Shown in pieces: positions 13,336-24,131 of a stretch of 33,873 nucleotides of DNA (its first letter is position 1; each line of letters opens with the position of its first letter). The DNA is taken from NCBI GenBank assembly GCA_964035545.1, contig CAXIUT010000024.1:1-33873 (forward strand), in the 5' to 3' direction. The translations under genes were made by a program, and so were the position numbers. Source of the stretch: Bugula neritina (taxonomy: Eukaryota > Animalia > Bryozoa). The notes under the pieces are model-generated. The model was given only the letters and a program-made list of their open reading frames with translations. It was not told where the DNA came from and ran no database searches.

Positions 13336-13414
13336 GGGGTTGGGGTTGGGGTTGGGGTTGGGGTTGGGGTTGGGGTTGGGGTTGGGTGGTTGGGGTTGGG
13401 GTTGGGGTTGGGTT
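13336..13414. repeat. Internal (GGGGTT)n telomeric tract
   Basis: About 13 repeats in right-end polarity, with one GGGTGGTT variant; unique sequence follows directly. Confidence 0.97.
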
Positions 13415-14107
13415 CAGCTCCGATTCCTTAATCTTCTTCTGCAGTTCTTAAAGGAAATCCTTCATGAGTCAAGGCCTCAACTTACTCTTCATCTCCTGGA
13501 ATAACAGTACAAAGATAATAAATTCCTTTATCTGATAAAAAAGAATTAGCTTATTGTTATAACTTGGTCTTAATGAATTTTCTTTCACCAGTTTTATCTA
13601 CTAACTCGATATAGACTTCATCTTTAACTACTTTTTGTTTTAGTTCTTTGATAATTGTATGAGTACCTTATAACTTGACTTTTAAGGCTTATATTTTAGT
13701 GCGTTTATCTGAGTATTTAGTGATAGCATTTTTTGAGAATTAGATAGCTTTTTAGAGATCGAGTTTTTCCTGTTAAAGTGGTGAGGCAGGTGGCGCATCT
13801 TTACCTCCTTTCTTAGCACCTTTTTTATCATCTTTCTACATAGTATAACTTTTACCTTCTTATCACCTCCTTGAGCTTATTACTACTCCTTCAATTTTTC
13901 ATTAACTCCTTACAACTTTTTTTCATTAACTTATATTTTAGCTTGATGATTTTAGCTTTCTTTAAAAAAAAGAGCATCTTTGGCAATATAAGTATCGAAT
14001 AGTTAGCGATAGCAAGCCTACCAAATACAATCAAAGAGTGCAGATGCGAGACAGTCAATAGTAAATATCTTTCTAGAGCGATAGCCGAAGTTGATCATGA
14101 TGAACAT
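13415..14107 (-). CDS. CXorf65/C22orf15 (Il2rg-domain)-like protein, 3'-truncated at the telomere tract
   Basis: MFIMINFGYRSRKIFTIDC...IELVDKTGE...ANSFLSDKGIYYLC; intron 13836-13855; no TGA before the repeats. Family call is from recalled motif similarity only. Confidence 0.65.
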
Positions 14108-14177
14108 CAGTTTCAATTATTTACTTTTGAATTATAATTATCTTTATTTACTTTATGATAAGGTGATCAATGAATTA

Positions 14178-14818
14178 TCAGCAACAGCCTGATTTCTTGT
14201 TTTCTTCTGGTCTTTTCAAAGAAGTACTTGGTCCACTACGTTTCTCTTTGCCTGCATTAGTTGCACCAGGTCGACTTTGCACCTTTGATTTGATTTCTGT
14301 AGATAAAGTAGTAAAGGCTTTTTCGACATTGACTGCATCTTTAGCTGAAGTTTCCAAAAATTTGATTCCTAAACTATCAGCTAAAGTTTTTCCTTCTTAT
14401 GTTTTCACTTGTCTGTTAGCCTCCAAATCGCTTTTGTTTCCTACTAACAACTTAACCACATTCTAGTTGCCATACTTATCAACTTCTGCTAGCCAGTTCT
14501 CGATATCTTTGAATGATTGTCGATCAGTGATATCATAAACAAGAATAATTCCATGTGCGCCTTTGTAGTATGAAGCTGTAATAGTTTTAAATCTTTCTTG
14601 GCCGGCAGTATCCCAGATTTGTAATTTAACTGTGCTACCAGCTGACTCGAAGGTTCTGATTTTGAAGTCAACGCCGATCGTTGGCAAGAAACTCAGTTAT
14701 TAAGAAGTTACCTCTAGCTGAAGATGTTGTCAGAGAAACGGAGAAGGAGTGAGGATTTACCAACTGAGGAATTACCAATCAGGAGCAATTTGAAGAGATA
14801 GTCATAATCTTGGTTCAT
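14178..14818 (-). CDS. RAB1: Rab1/Ypt1-like small GTPase (206 aa)
   Basis: [46 protein letters not shown]-terminal CC; 20-nt intron 14692-14711. Confidence 0.93.
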
Positions 14819-15032
14819 TTTTGTTTGTATTTTTTTGAATTATAAGAATTTGTACGTGGATTTTAATGAAAAGATGATAGAAATAGTAAGAAATATTATA
14901 TTTTTTTGAGGAGTATTTAATTTCAATTATGATTGTTAAAAATATTAGGCAACCACCTCTTAATCATTCTCAGTAATAAACTAACTGTTGAAAAATCGTC
15001 AAAATATATTTATTACGTGTAAATTAAAAGAT

Positions 15033-17194
15033 ATGGTTAGACTTTCTTTGTTCTTCTTGATATTCTCTTTAGCAATTCTCAGTAATTGTTAGATAAATGT
15101 CCTTGATGATAGCAACTATACCTCATTTATTGAGGAAAATTCCTTCGTTTTTACTATGTTTATGTAACCTTACTGTGGACATTGCAAGAACATGGCACCT
15201 GCTTTCAATCAACTCGTTAATAATTCATAGGGAAAATAATATAAAATAGCTAGAGTTGATGGTACTGCCAGTCCTAAAACTACTAAGCTACTCAATATTA
15301 TGATTTATCCAATGCTGAAGTTGTCAATATATGGAAATCATTTTGATTATACTGGAGCAAGGACTGCTGAAGGCATGCAATAATTTATCGAATAGACTCT
15401 GAAATCAAAGTTAGTGGAAATAACTGAAGATCATCTAAAAGAGATAATAGGATCAAATGATTTTGTTGTATTTAAAGGAGCAAGTGATTAACAAATATAA
15501 CGTTTGAGATTTATACAAAGCAAAGGAGGAATGCAATATTATGCCACTAAAGAGGGATAATTCAAAGTAGTTCTATATAAAAAAGATGGAACTATGGTTC
15601 AGTACAATGGATAAATCATTTTGAAGTAAATATCTATGTGGGCATTCCAACAGACGACATCAGTGTTGATAGCTTTATCAAGTGAAGATGTGATGGCTTT
15701 TGTGTTTTAGAACTAAAAGAAAGTAGGTACATTTATACTTCTTAAAAATGCTGATTGTACTGATGCTATGACTGACAGTTTGATAGCTTTTTGTTAGGCA
15801 CATACTGATGATTTCAACTGTGCATATGCTGATTAAAGTCATTAAATACATAAGGGCATTAGTGGATTTATGAGATTAGCAGATAATAGCAAAAGCGTTG
15901 TTGCATATTTTGACTATGAAGTAAAAAATGGATGGAAATTACCATAAAAAACAGCTGTAACAAGTATTAATAATCTTATTTAGAATAATCACTTGAAGAA
16001 TTCTTCAAAAGTATCAAGTAGGGGACAGCTGAACAGTTCCACAGTGCATAATAACGCAAGAAGTCAAGCTAGAAGTAGAAAAAGATAAAATATGACTATG
16101 TAATGAACCTAGATCCTGACAACTTCAATACCACTCTTAAAGAGAACAAATATGTTTTTGTTTAGTATTATTCTTCTACAAGCAAACAATGTGTCTAATT
16201 TGAACATAAATATGATGAGTTAGCTTTTGATTTGAAGGGAACACAATCTGAATATTTGATAGCTGGTTTGGATATCAAAGAGCATAGCTAGATGAACTAT
16301 GGACCAGAAGTGAGAGGACTACCAACTTTTAGATTCCATGTTGAGGGGAATACTATCGAATACAAAGGATAGAGAGATGGTAAGTTGATGAAAGAATGGA
16401 TGGATAAAGTTGTTAGTAGTCAGTTGCCTATTTTAAAGAGCAAATAATAAATAATGAATAATAGTGTGGTTATTTATGGAATAAGCGATAAATGTGATCT
16501 AAATTTACTGCCATTCAAATTCAATCAATACCCTATCTTCAGAATGTAGGGATAGTCTTCTTTCAAAATAGAACTACATACAAATAAACCAGCAAAATAC
16601 TAATAATAAGATAGATCTCTATAAAAAGTAACATAATGGCTTCTATAGCGAACAGAAGAAATAGTAGTTGATTTGGTTGCTCCTCAACCCAGCCATAAAC
16701 TTGAAGTAGCTATGTAGAAATTTATACCAATGTTGGTTATTATCAATCGTGATAACTCATCGCAGGTTGATTCGACACTGAAGTTGATGTAGAAGTTTTG
16801 TGAAGGCAGAAAGGAGTTTATTTGTTGTTTTGCTAATAAAGGATAAGGAGAGTATGATGGATTCAATGATTGGGTTGGAGATAGAAGTCCTAATAGCAGG
16901 TTAATCTATGTGCAAGCTGATGTGTTTGATAAATTTTTATATGATGAAAAGCTAGAAGAATTGGATGAGAGTAAATTAGAGCAATGGATTGGAGATATTC
17001 ATGCTAAGAAAATAAAAGCTCATGGTAAAAATGTTCAAGAGTTCCACTAGCTAAACTAGACTTCTTAAGCATCAAAGGAACCAGTTTAAACATAAGCTGA
17101 ACCATAAGTTAATTAGAAAGCATAAGAAAAGATTGAAGCTTCAGAAACAAGCGAATCTGCCACAAAAGTTGACTAGAAACCAGATGAATTATGA
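15033..17194 (+). CDS. Protein disulfide isomerase family protein, ER-resident (713 aa)
   Basis: Signal peptide, YCGHC thioredoxin domain, second Trx domain with SKQC, C-terminal PDEL-stop; intron 15964-15983. Confidence 0.9.
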
Positions 17195-17227
17195 TGATCT
17201 AACTTATAATCATTTTTTAAAACTGAC

Positions 17228-18450
17228 ATGAATAGTGATTAATAGTACTACCATTAGAGCGATTCTGGTTCTAATAAGTAGCATTAGCCCAATCCCTATG
17301 ATTAATCCTAAGGTAGTCGTTAGTCATAATCCAACCGTTCAAAAATTTCAGCTTCTTCTTCATGTATTGACTATAATATCAAGAATTCTAAGACCAAGAA
17401 TTGCAAATCAGACGATGGCAATGGGCTTATCCTATCATCTAGGGAGTTAGTCCTTGTCCAAGAGGAGGTCATTCAGCTACTCTTTCAGGCGCATCGATCA
17501 TTATTTTCGGAGGACATTACTATACAGGTAAAACCTAAGGATATGCATATCTCAACGACACTTATATCCTTGATGTCAATGCTAATAAATTTACAAAACC
17601 GAAGATATCTGGTACTCCTCCTGCTCCAAGATATGCTCATTCATCAGTATTAGCAGGCTCAAAGATAATTATTTTCGGAGGAAGAGGCGCTAAAGGTAAA
17701 ATCTTTAGAGATTTGCATGCACTAGATCCAGTGACTATGACTTGGTTACAGGGTCCTGAAGGTATTGGATCACCAAGTGCAAGATATGGACATACTGCTG
17801 TTTTGGTTAACTAGACAAAGATATTTATTTTTGGTGGAACAAATGGAAAAGAATATTTCAATGATTTGTTTGTTTTGGATTTGTAGGTGATGGCCTGGAC
17901 ACAACCTAAATGTTAGGGTCCAATTCCAACCAGAAGACAAGGACATACAGCACTACAAGTTGGAACAAATATGATCGTCCAGGGAGGATTCTGTTTTGAC
18001 TAAGAAAGTCAGAAATCAGGTGAATTTAGACAAGGCACTCAACTACAAAATTGCTATCTCAATGATATCCGTATTCTTGATACAGAAAAATACGAATGGG
18101 CGAGAGTTAGGGTTTCAGGTAGTCCACCATTGCCGCGATATGGTCATAGCGCTAACATATCAGGTCCCGATATTATCTTCTTTGGAGGTTGGAGTATCAA
18201 TTCTGGAGCAAGAGGGGAGCAAAACTTTATTCCGCCTCCAGATATCGACTACTTCATTGTTCTTAATACTGATAATTAACTGATCTGGGAGAAAGGCAAG
18301 TTTTAAGGGCAACCACCTCTGAGTAGATATGGACATACTGCTACATCAATTGGTCCTCATATTTTGATTTTTGGAGGTTGGGAGTTCAACAGGGCCACTA
18401 ACTAGGTGGTAGTTTTGAGAGATATGAACGCTACTGGCAAAAAGAAATGA
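17228..18450 (+). CDS. Kelch-repeat beta-propeller protein (400 aa)
   Basis: Six repeats of the form P..R.GH[ST]A...I.IFGG...ND..LD; acidic N-terminus; intron 17364-17383. Confidence 0.92.
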
Positions 18451-18508
18451 TAGTTCTGTTTGTTTGTAGAAATATAAATAAATATTTTAAGATAAGAAAC
18501 ATATTTCA

Positions 18509-20734
18509 TCATAATTTCATTACTTCTAGCTCTCTAATTATTTACTTGAAAGAAGGACGTTTAATCTGGATCACTATCCCAACATTTCTTCATCAACTTT
18601 GCATATCCTTCTGGACATTTAGGTGGTATAGTTGGTCTAAGGTCCATCTTAAGCACATCTTCAGAGACCTTTGTTCCAGTGATATTTCTGTATGGAGGCT
18701 ATCTTGATGCTATTTCCCATAAAATAATAGAATAACTGAAAACATCTGCTTTTTATGTATAAGGTTTGCAACCGATAACTTCTGGAGCCATCCATTGATA
18801 AGTTCCTATTTTATTAGTCATATATTCTTCTAGAGTCTTAGTCCATCCGAAATCTCCTATTTTTATTCTAAGATCTCTATCCAGAAAGATATTTAAACTC
18901 TTTAGATCTCTATGCAAAATCGGAGGCGAACACAAATGCAAATACAACACCCCTTGTGCAATCTAGATAGCAAAACGACGTCGATCTTACCAATTGATAC
19001 TATTTTACTTCTTCTGCAAATAAGACCATAGACTACCTCTGCTACAATACTCAAGTACTAGACTATAGTGAGGACTAGAGGTAACTGCACCTAGAAACAT
19101 AACGATATGAGGGTGTCTGACTGCCTACATCGCATGGCATTCACTCAAGAAGTCACGAAGCGAGACATCACCATTTTATATTTTGAATTTCTTGACAACT
19201 ACAAGAATCTATCTCCATTTTGCTCGATAAATAACTCCATAGCCTCCTTAGTTGATCCCAGATTAGATCTATAGTTATTTCCATGCGATCTATGTGTTGG
19301 AATTGAATTTTCTGTATTATGTTATTCCTGATATTTAGAATTTTGAGATAGTTTGAACTTATTTAGATTATTTACGGGTTGTTTGGGTTTTCTAGATCAA
19401 AGTCAAGTTCATAGCTTTGAGAAGTTGATAATCTTGGAGTAGTTTCTTGTGTTATTGGAGTTGGATTGTTTCATTTGGGTTTTATTGGTGTTGAGATTGT
19501 GATTTGAACAGATTTGTGACATTTGATCTTTTTGATAGAAGTAGAGTAAAATAACTTGATGCTATTATTTTCTATTTTGGTTATAATTTAAATCCTAGTG
19601 GAGTAATAGACATCAATTGTTGGATATTTCCTGGTATAATTTGTCCATATTTATTCGATCCCCAAGCAACCACTTATGAAGTCTAAACATTCACCATAAA
19701 AACAGTATTACGACCAACAACGATACTCCTCGCAAATGGACAATTAGGCACAGACATAAACTTACTCTGAAAAGGCACTTTATGTTGTTAAACTCCTAAC
19801 TGATTATTGATATTAGCTCCAAAAGCCAATATCTCACCTTTAGTTGTCAATTTGAAGGCGCATTAGTCAGCTACTTTCAAATCTTGGCATTTAGTCATTT
19901 TATCTTCTTATATTTTTTTGGGATAATTGATAATTATTTGTCCAAATACTCCCCAGAGATATCCTTGACCTTGATTGTCAATTAGACTTGCTCCTGATAG
20001 ACCAGCATGTATTTTATTGATTTTCTAATTGAATTATATAACCTTGAAATATGTTTTTTACATTTGCTATTCGATAGATTGTCCATTATTCGTTCCAATT
20101 TGCCCACAAATAAAAAACCTACCTCTATTCGACAGCGCAAGTGTAAACAATGCTCCACATTGGATGTCAGTTATGTGTTATTATTGTAGCAGAAGGAAAG
20201 AGTGTTCGGTTCCTTCTTACATCTTTACTTGTAGGTCGAATTCTATGTTAGAAATGATGGACTTTAGAGGATCTAAACGGTTGGATGTTTGGGGTGTTTT
20301 GTTGGATGTGATGATTTTGGATTTGATTGGCCATTTGGTAGCAAGTTTTGGATTAGTGTTGGGGTGGGTGTGTTCTAGAAGTGATGGAGACCGAGTTGTC
20401 CTTTTATGTTTAGACCCATACTGAACACTTCATGTTTATCTGTCTGTATATATTTGTACCATTGATAAAGAAAGAATGTTATGATCCACAATGAAAACTT
20501 CGAACACTACACATCTCAAGCACATTGACAACTTATCCATAAAATAACTATTATTTTAATCCTAGCTGACCGAACCGATTCGATCCTAATCCGTAATTTT
20601 GTCTACCATCTTCATTTCATCATAATTACTGGTAGTAAAAAGCATATGATTTTATCCAACTGCAGCGTGAGTGACTTTATTTTTGACAACTTTTCCATTT
20701 TATTGATATCCTTTTCCCCAGACGTGAAGGGTAA
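18509..20734 (-). CDS. RCC1-repeat + TKL (Raf-like) protein kinase (721 aa)
   Basis: GSNRFGQLG, CGSEHSFF, GLNIKGQLG repeats; kinase motifs EGGYGVIY, HRDLKSLN, DFG, GTYQWMAPE, YTEKADVFS. Three 20-nt introns: 20610-20629, 20440-20459, 20243-20262. Confidence 0.9.
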
Positions 20735-20786
20735 GTTAGTCCATAATTCAAACAGTAAATCAAAAATGATAAATTATAAAAAAATA

Positions 20787-21489
20787 TCAGCAGCAAGGTT
20801 TGCACATACCACTTTAATTTTATCTAGACTTCTACTTCTATAAACTTATTGAATTACCAGGATATTTCTCACTACTTAGTGATTCTTATCCATGTTTCTC
20901 CCTCCAATCATAAATATCTATATTATTTATTATGTTACTTTGGATGAACTCGTTAAAAGTCTAACGAACGTTATGACCTGTCTTAGCACTAGTTTATTTG
21001 AATGTTAAATTGTACTATACGCAGAAGTCAACGATTTATTTTTATGTGACAGCTCGTTTCTTCTGTCCTGAATCGATTAGATCGCATTTGTTTGCTATTA
21101 TTATTTTGGGCATTTTGTCTTTTATTTGCTATCTTATCTGATCTAGCCATCCCTTCAGATCTTAGAATGATTTCCTCTAGGTGATGTCGAACATTATTAT
21201 CGCGCCGTGACTTTTACGGTAATATGATCGAGTAATAGACATGTACTGTTATGCGCCAGCTAAGTATAACTAGTAATACAGGTGTCCCAGATGTTGACGC
21301 GGATGTTATGTTGGCCAACGTTGAGGTTTACAGGTGCATATTCGACTCCAATAGTAGGAGTGAGGGATTTTTAGGATTGAGGGCGGTTGATGATGAAGTT
21401 AAGAAATGAGGTTTTGCCCACTTTGCAGTTGCCAATTAGAATGACTTGATTGAAAGATGGGTACCTCTGTAGATAAGGGGAGTTGTCAT
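20787..21489 (-). CDS. Divergent Rab-family GTPase (213 aa)
   Basis: GNCKVGKT, PTIGVEY, WDTSGAEQY, NKCD, ETSAK, C-terminal CKPCC. Introns 21445-21464, 21260-21279, 20918-20938. Confidence 0.9.
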
Positions 21490-21615
21490 GTTTAAATTAA
21501 TCAACGGATGAGAATATTATCAACTCTTAGATTATATTTAAACCAAAATGAAAACAATAGTCTTAGATTTAATAGATGATTAAGGATATATTTTAATAAT
21601 AATACTAGTAAAATA

Positions 21616-23245
21616 TCAGATAATTCCAAAGAATTTCTTATTCTTGGGTATGATACTGCTTTTTTAATCTTCAGAATATTCAAAGAAGTCACATAACACT
21701 GTCCATATGGCTTCACTTTATCCCTTCACAGATCTAAATAAATAAAAATGTACTTAAGTTACAATGATTTGAGGAATTGTAAGATAATGCATCTGACATG
21801 TAACTGTTTTTCCTTTAATTCTGATATTTTCTCTATGAGAGCTTTTTTCTATAGTTAAAGATCCATTATTTTGATAGTAAGTTGAGGATTCGTACTTGGA
21901 TAATTAGTATTTGGTTGTGCTAGAATACCTCCAAAACACTGTTGAAAATCAATTGATTTATCATCTTCTTAGATATTTTTTCTAGAGTCAATCCACTCCT
22001 TATCTTGAGATCTACGATAATTCATAAATCTAAGTTTATGCGTCTCCAACAACTACCTTTATTCTTCATCAAAAAGATCACCAAGATGATGGTTATTTTC
22101 ATCTTCAATATGGAATAAAAAGTTAAAAACAGATTCTAATTTGCTTTAGATATCTATTTATTTAACAAATGAGCCTTTGATTGTTGTTTATGTTATTTTT
22201 CTTATCACTGAGAGTTGAAACAGATATTGAGTCTTTTGTTTTTGACCAATCATTGTATTTCTTTTATAGTTTCTTTAATTGCTATAGTTTTAATTGAGTT
22301 TTGTTGCTGACTAGCTATACCTACTTTCTTAGTAACTAAACTTGAGTCTTTTATAGTTATTTTTCAAATAGTTATTCTTTCATTGATCTCACCTATTCTT
22401 TTAACTACTTATTTTTACACTACAACTATTTCTTTTCCTTTTAATATAAAACTTTTTCCTCTTTCATCCTTTAAACTTAATTATTTAACCTATCATTGAT
22501 GTCTTACAATTTATCATTATTTCTCCTGATAACTTAGTGGTTTTCCTCTAACATCTTCTCCTATCTATCACCTATATTCAATTTACTTTACAACTATCTT
22601 ACAGTTTCCTTTAGTTCTTCAATATAATCTGATTTCTAAGTGAGTTCATCTATCAATCCTTGAAGTGATGATTTCTTTTTTATATTTATTTTTCTTGACG
22701 TCTCTATGTTTCTTATAGTAGCTATTAGAGGTGAGTTATTTTATGTTTAAGGGTTTTATTTTATACTTTTAGAGAGAATATGATTTTATTTTCATTCTAA
22801 GGTTTAAATTTAAACTTAGGTTCTAGAAATCGAGGGATAGAAGAAGTCTATCCTTGCTATTAGCCTTTTTAAACATTTTTAACTCCTTCTACACTTAATT
22901 TGCATCTCTAGCTAACATTATTTATGCGTCTTATCTCCTAGATTTCCATTTTATTTCCTTCAATCTCCCATAAAACGCTTCCCCCTTGAATTTTCTTTTT
23001 TACACTAGCCTGAATGCAGAAGACATATTCTTTACTTTGATTTTTTCTATCAAAAGAATCAATTTTAAGCCACCTTGACTGATTTTATCTCTATTTTAAA
23101 GATTCGAGATGATGGAAGGTGCAAGTGATACTTTAGAATGGTCAAGTTGCTGTGTTTTCTTTCTGAGGAGATGGACTAAATTGATGTATTTGTTGATGAT
23201 TTACTGCTTTTGGTGGCAAGGAAGGCAAAGTTTTGGTTACTGCAT
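21616..23245 (-). CDS. Coiled-coil protein with a C-terminal GRIP-like domain (golgin-like); frame broken by indels
   Basis: Ends HVRCIILQFL...EAIWTVLCDFFEYSEDEK after a 20-nt intron (21734-21753). Long E/K coiled coil with frame changes near 22680 and 22198; 5' structure uncertain. Confidence 0.6.
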
Positions 23246-23461
23246 TGGTATTGATAAGTAAATAATTAATTATTTTTCAGCGATTTTCCACAATCAGGAT
23301 ATAAACTAGATAATTATCGGATATTTATCATATCCAAAAAAGAAAATAAACATTTTAGCAAAAACATTGAATCGATAAGAGTTAAATAGAGATAAAACTT
23401 CAATTTATCTATTTATTTTTTAGTAGCGTTAATTGCTAATTTTATATTCCCATTAATAATA

Positions 23462-24093
23462 ATGTCCCAGCCAATCCATCAAACCGACAGCGTCGTCGAC
23501 CTTGATGATGAACATGACCATCCTGCTCAACAACTCTAAACTCTTCGTTCAAATTCTCAAAAATCATTTCGTATCGCCACAACAATCGCTTTACTTTTAT
23601 CTTTTATTCTATTGCTTTATGTCTTTGGTACTATTTCACTAGTGAATGATGGTCTTTTCTATAGAAATGTGATAAAGAGTAAGTAGATGCTTCCTTTTTG
23701 GAGGCAAATAGGGTAGTAAGAATAAAATAAAAATGGGACTGCATTGATTTAGAAAGGAGAACATATAATTACCAGAGGGTAATTAGGACGGATGGGCTGG
23801 ACTATTCTTCATATGATGACTGGTAGTTTTCCAGATGAAATTGATGATTAATTAAAATAGAAATGGAATACTTTTCTACTTCTATTTGGACACTTCTATC
23901 CATGCAAACTCTGCTCTGGACATTTTCTCAAAATGATGAAATAAGTCTAACCTTTTAATGGTAACACCAAGAGATAACTCATGGTTTATGTTTGTTAATT
24001 ACATAATCGAGTCAATTAGAGACTAGGTAAACCGATTCATGACTGTAAATCTGTCAAGAAGAATGGAATACCTGTGGATGCAGTGAATCATGA
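23462..24093 (+). CDS. Erv2-like (Erv1/ALR family) FAD sulfhydryl oxidase
   Basis: TM anchor, ELGRMGWTILH, FYPCKLCSGHF, CELHNRVNERLGKP.HDC. The C-terminal EEWNTCGCSES-stop requires one missing base near 24056. Confidence 0.88.
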
Positions 24094-24131
24094 TTTATTA
24101 AAGATTAACTATTAAAAATATCTATTATCAT

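Noticed and set aside
13316-13504. ORF containing GLGLGL/WGWGW repeats
   Set aside because: It is simply the translation of the telomeric repeat.
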